A stretch of DNA of 64,000 nt, taken from contig CAXHJY010000333.1 of assembly GCA_964016885.1 (NCBI GenBank), positions 1 to 64,000 of the forward strand, written 5' to 3'. Shown one piece after another: positions 20,315 to 34,015 of this stretch (within the stretch, counting starts at the first letter, position 1; the number at the start of each line of letters is the position of its first letter). The position numbers and the translations under genes were made by a program. Source of the DNA: Eledone cirrhosa (taxonomy: Eukaryota). The notes beneath the pieces are model-generated. The model made no database searches and had not been told where the DNA came from. It was given only the letters and a program-made list of their open reading frames with translations.

Positions 20315-20523
20315 TAACAGATTAAAGTTTAAGCAAAGAATCGCTGCTTTTGATTTTTTTAGTTTCAGAAGATCCCATTAAGGGTGAAAGCAGCGATTCT
20401 TTGCTTAAACTTTAATCTGTTATTTTAATAAATATTTGCTCTACGTTTTCTTATATATTTGATATATATTTATCCTTATCGAGTCCTCTTTGGATTTTAG
20501 TCTACCAATGTATTATTATTACT
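20307..20523 (+). mobile_element. PLE 3' end with 5' inverted stub, in (TA)n
   Basis: 20361-20523 matches 46097-46253; 20307-20350 is the reverse complement of ~20387-20430. Confidence 0.85.
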
Positions 20524-20524
20524 A

Positions 20525-20572
<48 letters not shown>

Positions 20573-21139
20573 GCGTTTAGTATCGTAGAACCAAGGGGCT
20601 GCTTTAGACAGTTTGGTATCGAAAGTGTTAACGAATCAGCCAAGAAGAAAAAGGTTTCCTTTCCGTTAGTGCGATATAAAAAAAGGGGCAATATAACTGC
20701 AACAACGACCACCCAACCTCAGACGTCCATATAGAAACACGTGCACATAAACACACACAACACACACAATGCAGACACACAGTACACAAACACACACACT
20801 GTGCACACAGGCCTTGTTCGTATTCTGTTGAGGACCCTGTAAAATTAATTGGAAGGGTGGCAGCTGTAACTATGCACACACGAATATTTTTGATATAGTG
20901 TTGTTGTTGTTGTTGCTGTCGCTATTTTTTGGGTTGGCGTTATTTTTGTTGTTGTCGTTTATATTTTTTTGTAGGTTGAGTTCTTTTTATTTTATTTTTC
21001 CGGGTGGAGTATGAGGCGGGGACTGACGTGGGGTGTGGGTCGGGATGGGATGGGGTAGGGGTCTTGTTCCTACCTCTTAATGGTCGTTATGTTGTTATCG
21101 ATACTGTTGTAGTAGGTTATAGTGATGATGATTATGGTA

Positions 21140-22380
21140 ATGGTGGTACTGGTGGAAGTGGTACTGGTGGGGGTATTGGTGGTGGTGGTATTGGTGGTGG
21201 TGATATTGGTGGTGGTGGTATTGGTGGTGGTGATATTGGTGGTGGTGATATTGGTGGTGGTGGTGGTGGTGTTGGTGGTGGTGATATTGGTGGTGTTGGT
21301 GGTGGTGATATTGGTGGTGTTGGTGCTGGTGGTGATGATGGTGTTGGTGGTTTTGGTGGTGTCGGGGGTGGTGATGTTGGTGGTGTTGGTGCTGGTGGTG
21401 ATGATGGTGGTGGTGTTTTTGGTGGTGTTGGGGGTGGTGATGTTGGTAGTGTTGGTAGTAGTGGTGGTGGTGGTGGTGATATTGGTGGTGTTGGTGCTGG
21501 TGGTGGTGTTGGGGGTGGTAGTGTTGTTAGTAGTGGTGTTGGTGGTGGTGATATTGGTGGTGTTGGTGCTGGTGGTGATGATGGCGGTGGTGTTTTTGGT
21601 GGTGTTGGGGGTGGTGATGTTGGTAGTGTTGGTAGTAGTGGTGTTGGTGGTGGTGATATTGGAGGTGCTGGTGGTGGTGTTGGGGGTGGTAGTGTTGTTA
21701 GTAGTGGTGTTGGTGGTGGTGATATTGGTGGTGTTGGTGCTGGTGGTGATGATGGTGGTGGTGTTTTTGGTGGTGTTGGGGGTGGTGATGTTGGTAGTGT
21801 TGGTAGTAGTGGTGTTGGTGGTGGTGATATTGGAGGTGCTGGTGGTGGTGTTGGGGGTGGTAGTGTTGTTAGTAGTGGTGTTGGTGGTGGTGATATTGGT
21901 GGTGTTGGTGCTGGTGGTGATGATGGCGGTGGTGGTTTTGGTGGTGTTGGGGGTGGTGATGTTGGTAGTGTTGGTAGTAGTGGTGTTGGTGGTGGTGATA
22001 TTGGAGGTGCTGGTGGTGGTGTTGGGGGTGGTAGTGTTGTTAGTAGTGGTGTTGGTGGTGGTGATATTGGTGGTGTTGGTGCTGGTGGTGATGATGGCGG
22101 TGGTGGTTTTGGTGGTGTTGGGGGTGGTGATGTTGGTAGTATTGGTGGTGGTGGTGGTGGTGATATTGGTGGTGTTGGTGCTGGTGGTGATGATGGCGGT
22201 GGTGGTTTTGGTGGTGTTGGGGGGGGGGATGTTGGTAGTGTTGGTGGTAGTGGTGTTATTGGTGTTGTTGTTGGTGGTATTGGTGGTGGTAGTATTGCTG
22301 GTGTTGGAGGTGGTATTGGTGGTGACGGTGATGATATTGATGACGTTGTTAATGGTTATGATGGTGGTGGTGGTGTATGG
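21140..22380. repeat. (GGT)n-derived minisatellite with 171-bp higher-order unit
   Basis: GGAGGTGCTGG marker at 21661, 21832 and 22003. Confidence 0.9.
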
Positions 22381-22562
22381 TGGTGCTGCTGTTACTGGTG
22401 ATGGTGATGATAATGATGACGATGAAGATCATCATCATCATTGTCATCATAACAGCTATGCGGGTTACGACTGTCATGGCGCTGATAATGCTGGTGATGA
22501 TTATTGCGAATATTAAGAAGATGATGATGATGATGATTATTATTATTATCATACCATTCTTC

Positions 22563-23135
22563 GGTGGTTTGGCAGATTCGGTAGAGTGTCGGACGCCATG
22601 CTTTGCAGCATAGAGTTACGGCCCTTTATGGTCTGACTTCAAAACTCGCCGAGGTTAACTTTGCCTTTCATCTCTCTTTAACGGGGTCGATAAAATAAAG
22701 TACCAGTAATACACTGGTGTATTGCTGGCCTTGTGCCAAAACTAGAAACAATTATCATACCTTTCTTCCCGGTATATAGCTATGGCCCTTTACGCTCTCA
22801 GTTCAAATCCCGCCAAGGTTAACTGTGCCCTTCATCGTTACGGGGTCGATAAAATAAAGTACCAGTAATGCACTGGCGTCGATTTAATCGACTTTCCCCC
22901 TCTCCCCTTCAAATTGCTGACCTTGTGCCCATTATTATTACTAACAATATTGGAATGGCAGTCTCGGTAGGGAGTCGGACGCCATGCTTTCCACCATAGT
23001 TACGTCCCTTTACGGACTGAGTTCAAATCCCGCCGAGGTTAACTTTGCCTTTCATCCTTACGGGGTCGATAAAATAAAGTACCAGTAATGCACTGGGTAA
23101 TTGCTGCCCTTGTACCAAAAGTAGAAATGATTATT
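22563..23135 (+). mobile_element. Cluster of three tandem SINE copies (~22563-22755, 22775-22935, 22951-23135)
   Basis: Each has the B-box and the GGGGTCGATAAAATAAAGTACCAGT core. Confidence 0.85.
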
Positions 23136-23167
23136 ATATTATGTTATGTTTATATATATATATATAG

Positions 23168-26000
23168 ATGATGATGATTATGAATTTTACGTTATATTTA
23201 TATTGTCTATGATGATGATGGTTATGAATATGTTATGTTTATTATGTCTATGATGATGATGGTTATGAATATGTTATGTTTATTATGTCTATGGTGATGA
23301 TGGTTATGAATATGTTATGTTTATTATGTCTATGATGATGATGGTTATGAATATGTTATGTTTATTATGTCTATGATGATGATGGTTATGATATGTTATG
23401 TTTATTATGTCTATGATGATGATGGTTATGAATATGTTATGTTTATTATGTCTATGATGATGATGATGGTTATGAATATGTTATGTTTATTATGTCTATG
23501 ATGATGATGATGGTTATCAATATGTTATGTTTATTATGTCTATGATGATGATGATGGTTATCAATATGTTATGTTTATTATGTCTATGATGATGATGATG
23601 GTTATCAATATGTTATGTTTATTATGTCTATGATGATGATGATGGTTATCAATATGTTATGTTTATTATGTCTATGATGATGATGATGGTTATCAATATG
23701 TTATGTTTATTATGTCTATGATGATGATGATGGTTATGAATATGTTATGTTTATTATGTCTATGATGATGATGGTTATGAATATGTTATGTTTATTATGT
23801 CTATGATGATGATGGTTATGAATATGTTATGTTTATTATGTCTATGATGATGATGATGGTTATGAATATGTTATGTTTATTATGTCTGTGATGATGATGG
23901 TTATGAATATGTTATGTTTATTATGTCTGTGATGATGATGATGGTTATGAATATGTTATGTTTATTATGTCTGTGATGATGATGGTTATGAATATGTTAT
24001 GTTTATTATGTCTGTGATGATGATGGTTATGAATATGTTATGTTTATTATGTCTGTGATGATGATGATGGTTATGAATATGTTATGTTTATTATGTCTAT
24101 GATGATGATGATGGTTATGAATATGTTATGTTTATTATGTCTGTGATGATGATGGTTATGAATATGTTATGTTTATTATGTCTGTGATGATGATGGTTAT
24201 GAATATGTTATGTTTATTATGTCTGTGATGATGATGATGGTTATGAATATGTTATGTTTATTATGTCTGTGATGATGATGGTTATGAATATGTTATGTTT
24301 ATTATGTCTGTGATGATGATGGTTATGAATGTGTTATGTTTATTATGTCTATGATGATGATTATGAATGTGTTATGTTTATTATGTCTATGATGATGATG
24401 GTTATGCATATGTTATGTTTATTATGTCTATGATGATGATGGTTATGAATATGTTATGTTTATTATGTCTGTGATGATAATGATGGTTATGAATATGTTA
24501 TGTTTATTATGTCTATGATGATGATGGTTATGAATATGTTATGTTTATTATGTCTATGATGATGATGGTTATGAATATGTTATGTTTATTATGTCTATGA
24601 TGATGATGGTTATGAATGTGTTATGTTTATTATGTCTATGATGATGATTATGAATGTGTTATGTTTATTATGTCTATGATGATGATGGTTATGCATATGT
24701 TATGTTTATTATGTCTATGATGATGATTATGAATGTGTTATGTTTATTATGTCTATGATGATGATGGTTATGCATATGTTATGTTTATTATGTCTATGAT
24801 GATGATTATGAATGTGTTATGTTTATTATGTCTATGATGATGATGGTTATGAATATGTTATGTTTATTATGTCTATGATGATGATTGTTATGAATATGTT
24901 ATGTTTATTATGTCTGTGATGATAATGATGGTTATGAATATGTTATGTTTATTATGTCTATGATGATGATGGTTATGAATATGTTATGTTTATTATGTCT
25001 ATGATGATGATGGTTATGAATATGTTATGTTTATTACTTCTATGAGGATGATGGTTATGAATATGTTATGTTTATTATGTCTATGATGATGATGGTTATG
25101 AATATGTTATGTTTATTATGTCTATGATGATGATGATGGTTATGAATATGTTATGTTTATTATGTCTATGATGATGATGGTTATAAATATGTTATGTTTA
25201 TTATGTCTATGATGATGATGGTTATGAATATGTTATGTTTATTATGTCTATGATGATGATGGTTATGAATATGTTATGTTTATTACTTCTATGAGGATGA
25301 TGGTTATGAATATGTTATGTTTATTATGTCTATGATGATGATGGTTATGAATATGTTATGTTTATTATGTCTATGATGATGATGATGGTTATGAATATGT
25401 TATGTTTATTATGTCTATGATGATGATGGTTATGAATATGTTATGTTTATTACTTCTATGAGGATGATGGTTATGAATATGTTATGTTTATTATGTCTAT
25501 GATGATGATGGTTATGAATATGTTATGTTTATTATGTCTGTGATGATGGTTATGAATATGTTATGTTTATTATGTCTATGATGATGGTTATGAATATGTT
25601 ATGTTTATTATGTCTGTGATGATGATGGTTATGAATATGTTATGTTTATCACGTCTATGATGATGATGGTTATGAATATGTTATGTTTATTATGTCTATG
25701 ATGATGATGGTTATGAATATGTTATGTTTATTATGTCTGTGATGATGATGGTTATGAATATGTTATGTTTATCACGTCTATGATGATGATGGTTATGAAT
25801 ATGTTATGTTTATCACGTCTATGATGATGATGGTTATGAATATGTTATGTTTATTATGTCTATGATGATGATCGTTATGAATATGTTATGTTTATTATGT
25901 CTGTGATGATGATTCTTATGAATGTTATGTTTATTATGTCTATGATGATGATGGTTATGTATGTGTTATGTTTATTATGTCTATGGTGATGATGTTGATT
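23168..26000. repeat. 41-bp minisatellite (38/44-bp variants), roughly 65-70 units
   Basis: Unit CTATGATGATGATGGTTATGAATATGTTATGTTTATTATGT. Confidence 0.97.
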
Positions 26001-26334
26001 ATGTTATGTTATATCTACGATGACCATGATGATGATACTGTGCAGTTTGCAGCTGTTTCATTATTTCCTTCCAATCTCATGGGTTTTATTTTTTCAACTT
26101 TCGTCTTTCTTTCCTTCCTCTATTTCTTTTACCTTTTTTTCCCTTTCTTACATTCTTTTTTTCTTCTTTCTATCTCCTATCTTCTTCTTTGCCTCTCTCC
26201 TTCTCTCTCTCCTTCTCTGCCTCTCTCCTTCTCTCTCCTCTCTCCCCCCTTTCTCTCTGTTTTCTTTCACTATTTTTTCTCTGCCTCTCTCTTTCTTTCT
26301 TGGTTTCTTTCACATTATCTATCTATTTATGCCT

Positions 26335-26335
<1 letters not shown>

Positions 26336-26433
<98 letters not shown>

Positions 26434-26622
26434 AAACATCTATAGTCTATCTATCTATCTATCTTTCTATCACTGTCTATCTATCTATCACTCTGTCTCA
26501 AGATCTATCTCTCTATCTATCTATCTGTCTATCTATCTATCTCTGTCTGTCTCAACATTTATCTATCTATCTATCTATCTATCACTCTGTCTCAACATCT
26601 ATCTATCTATCTATTTATCTAA
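26336..26622. repeat. (CT)n and (ATCT)n microsatellites
   Basis: Direct sequence. Confidence 0.95.
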
Positions 26623-27074
26623 CTAGCTTTCCTTTGTCCCTAAGAAGAAAAATAAAAACTAATATTTTCAATAAGAACATATAATAAAAAAAATATAGAA
26701 GGCCTAATATAAAAATGAAATCTTAGTTTTAGTAGAAATTTACGACTTTCACTCATGTATGTTTTAGTTTTGTAACCGAACCACCCGCCAAACTACTTTC
26801 TTTTGTTGTTGTTGTTGTTGTTGTTTTTATATCCTTTCTTTGTGACCGACTATTTCCTTTCTCTACCGGAAGTTATCAATCCCACATCGTGTGCGTGAAA
26901 ACTGTCCATTACACCCTAGCAAAGTTTAATGGCTGTCATTACACCTTCATGTATTCTGCGCTAAATACAAAAAGGTAAGGATAAAAAATAATGATTTATT
27001 ATATAGGCAGAAGGCCAGTAATTGAGGGGAGGGGGAAGTCGATTGAATAGACCCCAGTACATTACTGGTGCTTT

Positions 27075-27927
27075 ATGTTATTGCACTGGAGAAATACCAG
27101 GACTCTGGCTTTACTGTAGCACCGGCTCAGAGCAGGAGAGTTAAGGTGAAAAAGATATCAGATGCTGAATTTGCCGACGACATAGTTTTGGTGAAAAATA
27201 CAGTGAAGGAGGCAGAGGATTTGATGCAGGAGGTTGAGACTGTGCCGATGAGTGTGGGGCTGAGAATGAATGAGACTAAAACAAAATATCTGGTAGAGAA
27301 TGTTGAGAAGCCAGAGGGATCACTAATGTAGGCGGGAAGCCGCTAGAATTGGTTGAGGACTTCCTGTATTTGGGAGCAAAGATTGGGAATACGGAAGATG
27401 ATGTGGTTGAGAGGAAGAGCAAAGCATGGGCGGCGTGCCACAGCTTGAGATCGGTGTGGAAGTCGAACCTTCGTAAAGACCTTAAAATCCGCCCCTTCAT
27501 TGCTGTAGTGGAGTCTGTGCTGCTGTACGGGTCTGAGACTTGGACACTGACCAAGAAACTCACTCAGATGGTGGATGGGTGCTACACGAGAATACTGAGG
27601 ATGGCTCTGAACATTAATCATTATACACTGAGGATGAAAAACTCAGAGCTGTATGGGAGCCTCCCAAAAGTCAGCTCAAAAGTGACACAGAGGTGATTGA
27701 GGTTAGCTGGACATGCTCACCGACATCCAGAGTTGACATTGCACTCAGTGCTCCTGTGGGAGCCCCTACATGGACACACTGGAAGAGGAAGACCAGGGTT
27801 AACGTATGTTGATGTCCCAAGGACAGACACTGGTCTGTTGGAGACGCAGGACATGGCAGCGATAATGAGGGACAGAGACCGCTGTAGAGAACTCGTCCAT
27901 GGATCTCGGGAATTTTACCCTCCCTAG
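27075..27927 (+). pseudogene. 5'-truncated RTE-clade LINE reverse transcriptase, C-terminal half
   Basis: EFADDIVL, GLRMNETKTK, VEDFLYLG, VESVLLYGSETWTL, LRLAGH and GRGRP motifs; one frameshift (~27325) and one in-frame stop (27694-27696). Confidence 0.93.
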
Positions 27928-27949
27928 AATATATATATATATATATACA

Positions 27950-28202
27950 CAATGATATTAAATAAATGGAAACTATATTTATAAAACCATATTTATTCTA
28001 TTATATATATTTCAATGGTACCAAAACTTTGGTACGCTCTCATCAGATAAAATACAAAGCTTGTTTTATAAATATTGACATAACCAGGGAAGAAGAATTT
28101 ACAGGTTCAAGTTTTTCCTGGATAGAAAAACTGTCGAGTGCTTTAAATCAGTTATAAACTTTTAAATTTGTTGAATTACCAACAAATTGAATATCCGTTT
28201 TG

Positions 28203-28204
<2 letters not shown>
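27950..28204 (-). mobile_element. Family B pseudo-LTR fragment with HHR and inverted terminal piece
   Basis: Minus strand TATTTTAT-CTGATGA-GAGCGTACCAAAGTTTTGGTACCATT-GAA-ATATATAT-A-ATAGAATA (core at 28040-28046). Confidence 0.8.
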
Positions 28205-28256
<52 letters not shown>

Positions 28257-29022
28257 GTGTGTGTGTGTTTGAATTTTCAGCCGCTGAGATGGTTTGTTGC
28301 AACAATAATACGTACTCCGTGTACTATCTCCAAATCAAATATTTTGCCTATTTTCTCTGCTTATATCTTGTCTGTTTGTGTTTGCCGTAATTCCTTTATT
28401 AAGTAACTAATTGTTTAACTAATTATGTAGTACCATTTTAAAATGGTGGATCGTGCAACAGAAAAATAAATCATATTGTTAGGTTCTATTTTACGTATCG
28501 GCCGTTGATCACTTCTTTGTCCGTCTCCAAGGGTCTTCACCCTAATTTATAAGCAATTTTATAGCACCTCCTCACGTGGACATGCCCCTCTTTCCTCCTC
28601 TGATCTCTTGTTTCATTCCTACACTGTTCCCTACAGCTTCATTCTTATCCCCCTTTCTTTGAATATATCTTTTGTTGACTGCAGAGGGGCCGACTCTCAT
28701 TTCTCTTCAGGTTTTTCTATTGCATTAGTTTTATACATCATGTCTTACTTCTTATTTAATCCCCCCTAACCCATTTTAACATCCCACCTTTGTTTATGTG
28801 TGTATATATATATATGTGTATATATATATTTATATTATATATAAAGTTATAAACATACTCGTACATTCAACCGTCTCACTCTCTGTATTTATGTGTTTAT
28901 ATACGTATATAAATTTATATATTTATATATATTATGTGTGTGCGTATATATATATATATATATATGATAGTATGGGTATAGATATGTGTATTTTTGTATA
29001 TATATGTGTGTATTTGTGTGTG

Positions 29023-29053
<31 letters not shown>

Positions 29054-29105
29054 ATTTTTAATATATATATATATATATTTGGGTATATATATATATGTAT
29101 TTTGG

Positions 29106-29140
<35 letters not shown>

Positions 29141-30312
29141 TATGTATATATATATACATATGTGTGTGTATTTCTGTATTTGTATTTTTATATATAAATA
29201 TATTATATATATATGTGTATTTTTGTATATATATATATATTTTGTATATATATATATTTTGTGTATATATATATATATATATAGGGGTGTTATTATGGCA
29301 GGGCAATAAGTGCAACTTATCAAAAAACAATTTTTATGTCATGACTTTTGCTACTCTCATTGGTCATATATCACCTTCCCCTCCATCCATCCACATTTCT
29401 CACACAAAACAAATCTAGGGAATAAATCTAATGTAGCGCTATTTTCCATCCCCTTTTGACCTCACCTCATTCTTCTTTCAATGCTTACCTCCCTTCTTTT
29501 TTTCTCTTCTGTTGCTTTCTTTCTGTTTTTCACGCTTTCTTACTCTCTCATTCACTCTTTTCCTTCTTCCGTTTTGAGACAGAAAATGTGATCGTAAAAC
29601 AAGTGCGTCTATATATATATATATGTGTGTGTGTGTGAGTGTGTCTCCGTCTGTCCGAAAAGTAAACGGAAAAAAACAACAGACAATGAAGTATAATGGA
29701 TATGTATGTATATTAGTTTCACGTTTAATATAGTAAGAAACATCTTAATATTTCGGGCGCTTGTCCTTCTTCAGAAAATAGAATGAGAACTTATAGAAAA
29801 AATTGAAAGATAGAGGTGAGTTCACAGAGTTAGAAAACGAACATTTTCTTTCTAATAAAAGGTCTGTTTATTTTACCATCTCATTTTTAATTACACAATA
29901 GACATAATACGTATTTCTCTGGTGAAATAGTTAAAGCCTGATACCATGATACACCGCCTGCTGATGACACATTAACTCTGCATACGAAACTACATTAGAA
30001 TTGTGAGAAAACACGTGATCCAGACTGTATTACACCATTGTTTTCCTGATTGGAGTCACGTAATCACAGCATTACCATTATTCAACCAACCAGCCAACCA
30101 GCCAGCTAACCAACCAGCCTACCAACCAGCCAACCATGGCCATCCCTGGCTCAATGGGTGCCCCTCCCTCTCCTAATATCATGGAGTGAGGCTGACACAG
30201 ATCGTTTCGGTTTGCTTCCGCTTGGGAAACTTCAAAGGGATGAATATATTATACTATATTTACAGACATGGGTGATGGATAGATAGGGAGAGAGAATCAT
30301 GCAGAGGTGTAT

Positions 30313-30379
<67 letters not shown>

Positions 30380-30493
30380 ATACTATATTTACAGACATGG
30401 GTGTGTGAGAGATAGGGAGAGAGAATCATACAGAGGTGTATAATATATATAATATATATATGTATATATATATATACACACAATATATATAAT

Positions 30494-30678
30494 TGTCTCT
30501 ACTTTAGGCACAAGGCCAGCAATTACCCAGTGCATTACTGATACTTTATTTTATCGACCCGTAAGGATGAAAGGCAAAGTTAACCTCGGCGGGATTTGAA
30601 CTCAGAATGGCAAGGGCCGTAACTCTATGCGTCAAAGCATGGCGTCCGACCCTCTACCGATACTGACAATCCACCGCC
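30494..30678 (-). mobile_element. Full-length SINE with 13-bp target-site duplication
   Basis: CAATATATATAAT at 30481-30493 and 30679-30691; it interrupts a ~120-bp local tandem repeat (30245-30790). Confidence 0.9.
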
Positions 30679-30781
30679 CAATATATATAATACTATATAA
30701 TACTACATGGGTGTTGGAGAGACAGTGAGAGATAAGGAGAGAAGAGTGAGATAGAATCAAGTAGGGTTGTACAATATATAC

Positions 30782-30833
<52 letters not shown>

Positions 30834-31349
30834 AATGACAAGAATCAAAGTTCTGTTCAAACCATTTATTAGCTTACAATTGTTTCCTCCAAACCGAGGT
30901 TTGGAGTCTTCGGAGCAATTTTTCAATGATTGTTTACATACATGACCTCCTTCCCAACACAAGAGACAGACAGAAACATATGTATATATCGATGCACAGT
31001 GGGTTGACATCCATTATAATATTTTAGCATGGCAATTTACATTCAAAGATTAAAATCATATTAAAAAAAATTAAAACAAAATTAAAGTTAAAATACAACA
31101 TCAGCAGTTTACGAAGATAATGCAAGAGGATAGTTTGAAGTAGTTAGTGTATGCAATAGTTACACGTGGGGCATGCACGTGTGTCTTATTTATATAAGAT
31201 TATAAGATTATAGTGCGGCAAGGTGTTATATGGAATACAAGTACTTTAAGCGGGCAATCAAGAGTATTATGGGGGTTGTATTGGTAAAGTATTTGTTATG
31301 TATGATATAGAAGCATGTGTGCAGAGAAATATTAATTATATATATATAA

Positions 31350-31411
<62 letters not shown>

Positions 31412-31825
31412 CTGTGACCCGTCGGTTTCTTTCTTACTCCTTCCTTTTTTCTCTGTATCTCTCACTTCTTTTTACCCCCTCTGCCATTTACTGTCTCTGT
31501 TAACCTCTTCCTCACAGTTTCACTCAGTCACTCTCTGCTACTCCCTCTCCTACTTCCTCCCGTTTGACCTGTGCGAAATTCTTTCCTCACTGACACTTTG
31601 ACCAGGTCGGATGGTCTTTATTCTCTCTCGTCTACGATTTCACAGAACTTATGTTCATTGATTTCAGGGACTTGACTCCCTCTTACTCACTTTTCGTTAC
31701 ATTACCATCTTTGATTGTTTACTGTCTCGCTCGTTCCCCCTATTTACGTGTCCCAACGATTTTCTTTAGCCGTTGCTCGCACCAACCAGAGGTATATGGT
31801 CGTTAAAGCTATGAAATATATATAT

Positions 31826-32141
31826 GTAGAAGTTATATTTAATTTGTTGGGATACAACAAGCAAATATTTATATAACTGATATAAAGCACTCAACAAATT
31901 ATTGGAGTAAAAATACGATATATCATTTGTTAATAAATATTGACATACCCTTAAACTATCCGCGAGCTTCCAACAGAAATGGTCGCATTCTTTAAGGGTA
32001 TGTCAATATTTATTTATAAAACTGATCTATATTATATTTTATCTGATGAAAGCGCACCATAATTTGACTTGGTGTCCTTGAAATATGTATAATGAAATAA
32101 ATATGGTTTTATAAATATAGTTTTCATTTGTTAATATATCG

Positions 32142-32143
<2 letters not shown>
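31826..32143 (+). mobile_element. Family B pseudo-LTR fragment with HHR and inverted pieces
   Basis: ATTTTAT-CTGATGA(32043)-AAGCGCACCA...TGGTGTCCTT-GAA-ATATGTAT-A-ATGAAAT; internal inverted repeat ~31931-31953/31992-32014. Confidence 0.82.
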
Positions 32144-32194
<51 letters not shown>

Positions 32195-32444
32195 CATGGA
32201 TGTTGGAATGGGGGAGAGAGAGAATGAGGGAGAGGTGTAGGCTAGAGATATATATTGAAATATGTATGCGTGCATATATCTGTCTGTTTGTCTATGTATG
32301 TATATATATGCGTGTGTCCCCATCTGTATCTATATACCAGGTAACAACAGCAGCAACATCAGCAGCAGCCTCCAGAAGTAATACCAGTCGCAGCAGCAAA
32401 ATGCCCAACAGCATATATATATATATATATATATATACACCTTT

Positions 32445-32461
32445 TTCCCGCTCTCTCTCTC

Positions 32462-32499
<38 letters not shown>

Positions 32500-32920
32500 C
32501 CTCTCTCCCCCTCTCTCTCTCTCCCTCGCTCTCTCTCTCTCCCTCGCTCTCTCTCTCTCTCCCTCTCTTTCTCTCTCTCCCCCTATCCCTCTCTCTCTCC
32601 CTCTCTCTCTCTCTATGCGTCTCCCCCATCTCCCCCCTCACCATCCCCCTCACCATCCCTCTCTCCCCCTCTCTCCCCCTCTCTCCCCCTCTCCCTCTCC
32701 ATCTCTTTCCCTCCCTCTCTCTCTATCTCGCCCTCTCTCTCCCTCTCTCCCCCCGTCCCTCCTCCGTCCCCCTCCCTCTCGCCCTCCCTCCCTCCCTCCC
32801 CCTCTATATCCTCCTTTCTCCCCATATATCTCCCCCCTCTCCCCCTCTCTCCATCCCTTTCTCCCCCTCTCTCCATCCCTCTCCATCCCTCTCCCCATCC
32901 CTCTCCCCATCCCTCTCTCT
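32445..32920. repeat. Polypyrimidine (CT/CCCT) low-complexity tract
   Basis: Direct sequence. Confidence 0.93.
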
Positions 32921-33405
32921 ATATTAATATATATATATATAGGTGGATAATATTGAAATAATGACCCACAAAGTACCATTCTTTTTCCACAATCATAAAG
33001 CAAAATAAACAAAGGGAGGGATGACGGTTGAAGGAAGTGCGCCAGATTTACACGTCATAAACCTTAGAGTTCCCCCAGCCTTACCTACTCCCTATTCCCT
33101 TGTCTTTCTAATAAACAGCCAGCCTACCACAACATCTCCTTCAACGCCATTACCTTCACAAATGTAAACGAAAATCCATAACAATAATAATAATATAAAA
33201 AATTAAACAACAACAAAAAAAGAGAGATCTATACACCAACGCCACCTATAGTGTTATAAACATCAAAGATTTCACTGTCAGCATGGCTCTTTTATATTGC
33301 GGTTGACGTCGCCACCATAGATGTTAGTAGCATATTCGCGCCATTGTGCGTGTGTGTGTGTATATGTATGTGTATATGTATATATATATACACACAGATA
33401 CAGGC

Positions 33406-33444
<39 letters not shown>

Positions 33445-33561
33445 GACGCACACACATATGTATATGCTTGTAGGTATATAGGTATGTGTGTATATATATT
33501 TATATATATATATATATTTATATAGACGCACACACATATGTATATGCTTGTAGGTATATAG

Positions 33562-33596
<35 letters not shown>

Positions 33597-33844
33597 CATG
33601 GCCCAGAGTACACAGTAGAAATTCTGATGTAACAAGTCTCAAGCTTGACTTAAAGGACACACACATAGACCCATATATATATATATGTATGTGTGTATAG
33701 ATGGGTGTATAGACGGGGCCTATATATATAGATAGATCCCGAGTTAAATCTGGGGTAACCACACTAAATAACGTACACAAAAGAATGAAACTGCTTTAGT
33801 CTTGTAGAACTGTATATATATATATTTTATATATATATATATAT

Positions 33845-33857
33845 ATAATTGCAGCAG

Positions 33858-33896
<39 letters not shown>

Positions 33897-34015
33897 GCAG
33901 CAGTGTATATATATTGTATATATATATATAATTGCAGCAGTGTATATATATTATATATATATATAATTGCAGCAGTGTATATATATAATATATATATATA
34001 ATTGCAGCAGTGTGT
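33845..34015. repeat. Five AATTGCAGCAGT units separated by variable TA runs
   Basis: Direct sequence. Confidence 0.9.

Noticed and set aside
21004-22401. 465-aa glycine-rich ORF resembling a structural protein; 171-bp period equal to alpha satellite
   Set aside because: It is a GGT triplet array open in several frames, with a GTG start and no signal peptide or splice evidence; it has no sequence resemblance to alpha satellite.
29961-29995. CTGATGA...GAAAC hammerhead candidate
   Set aside because: Stems I-III do not pair convincingly.
33845-34015. Repeat-spacer pattern reminiscent of CRISPR
   Set aside because: The spacers are just TA runs, the context is eukaryotic, and there are no cas genes.
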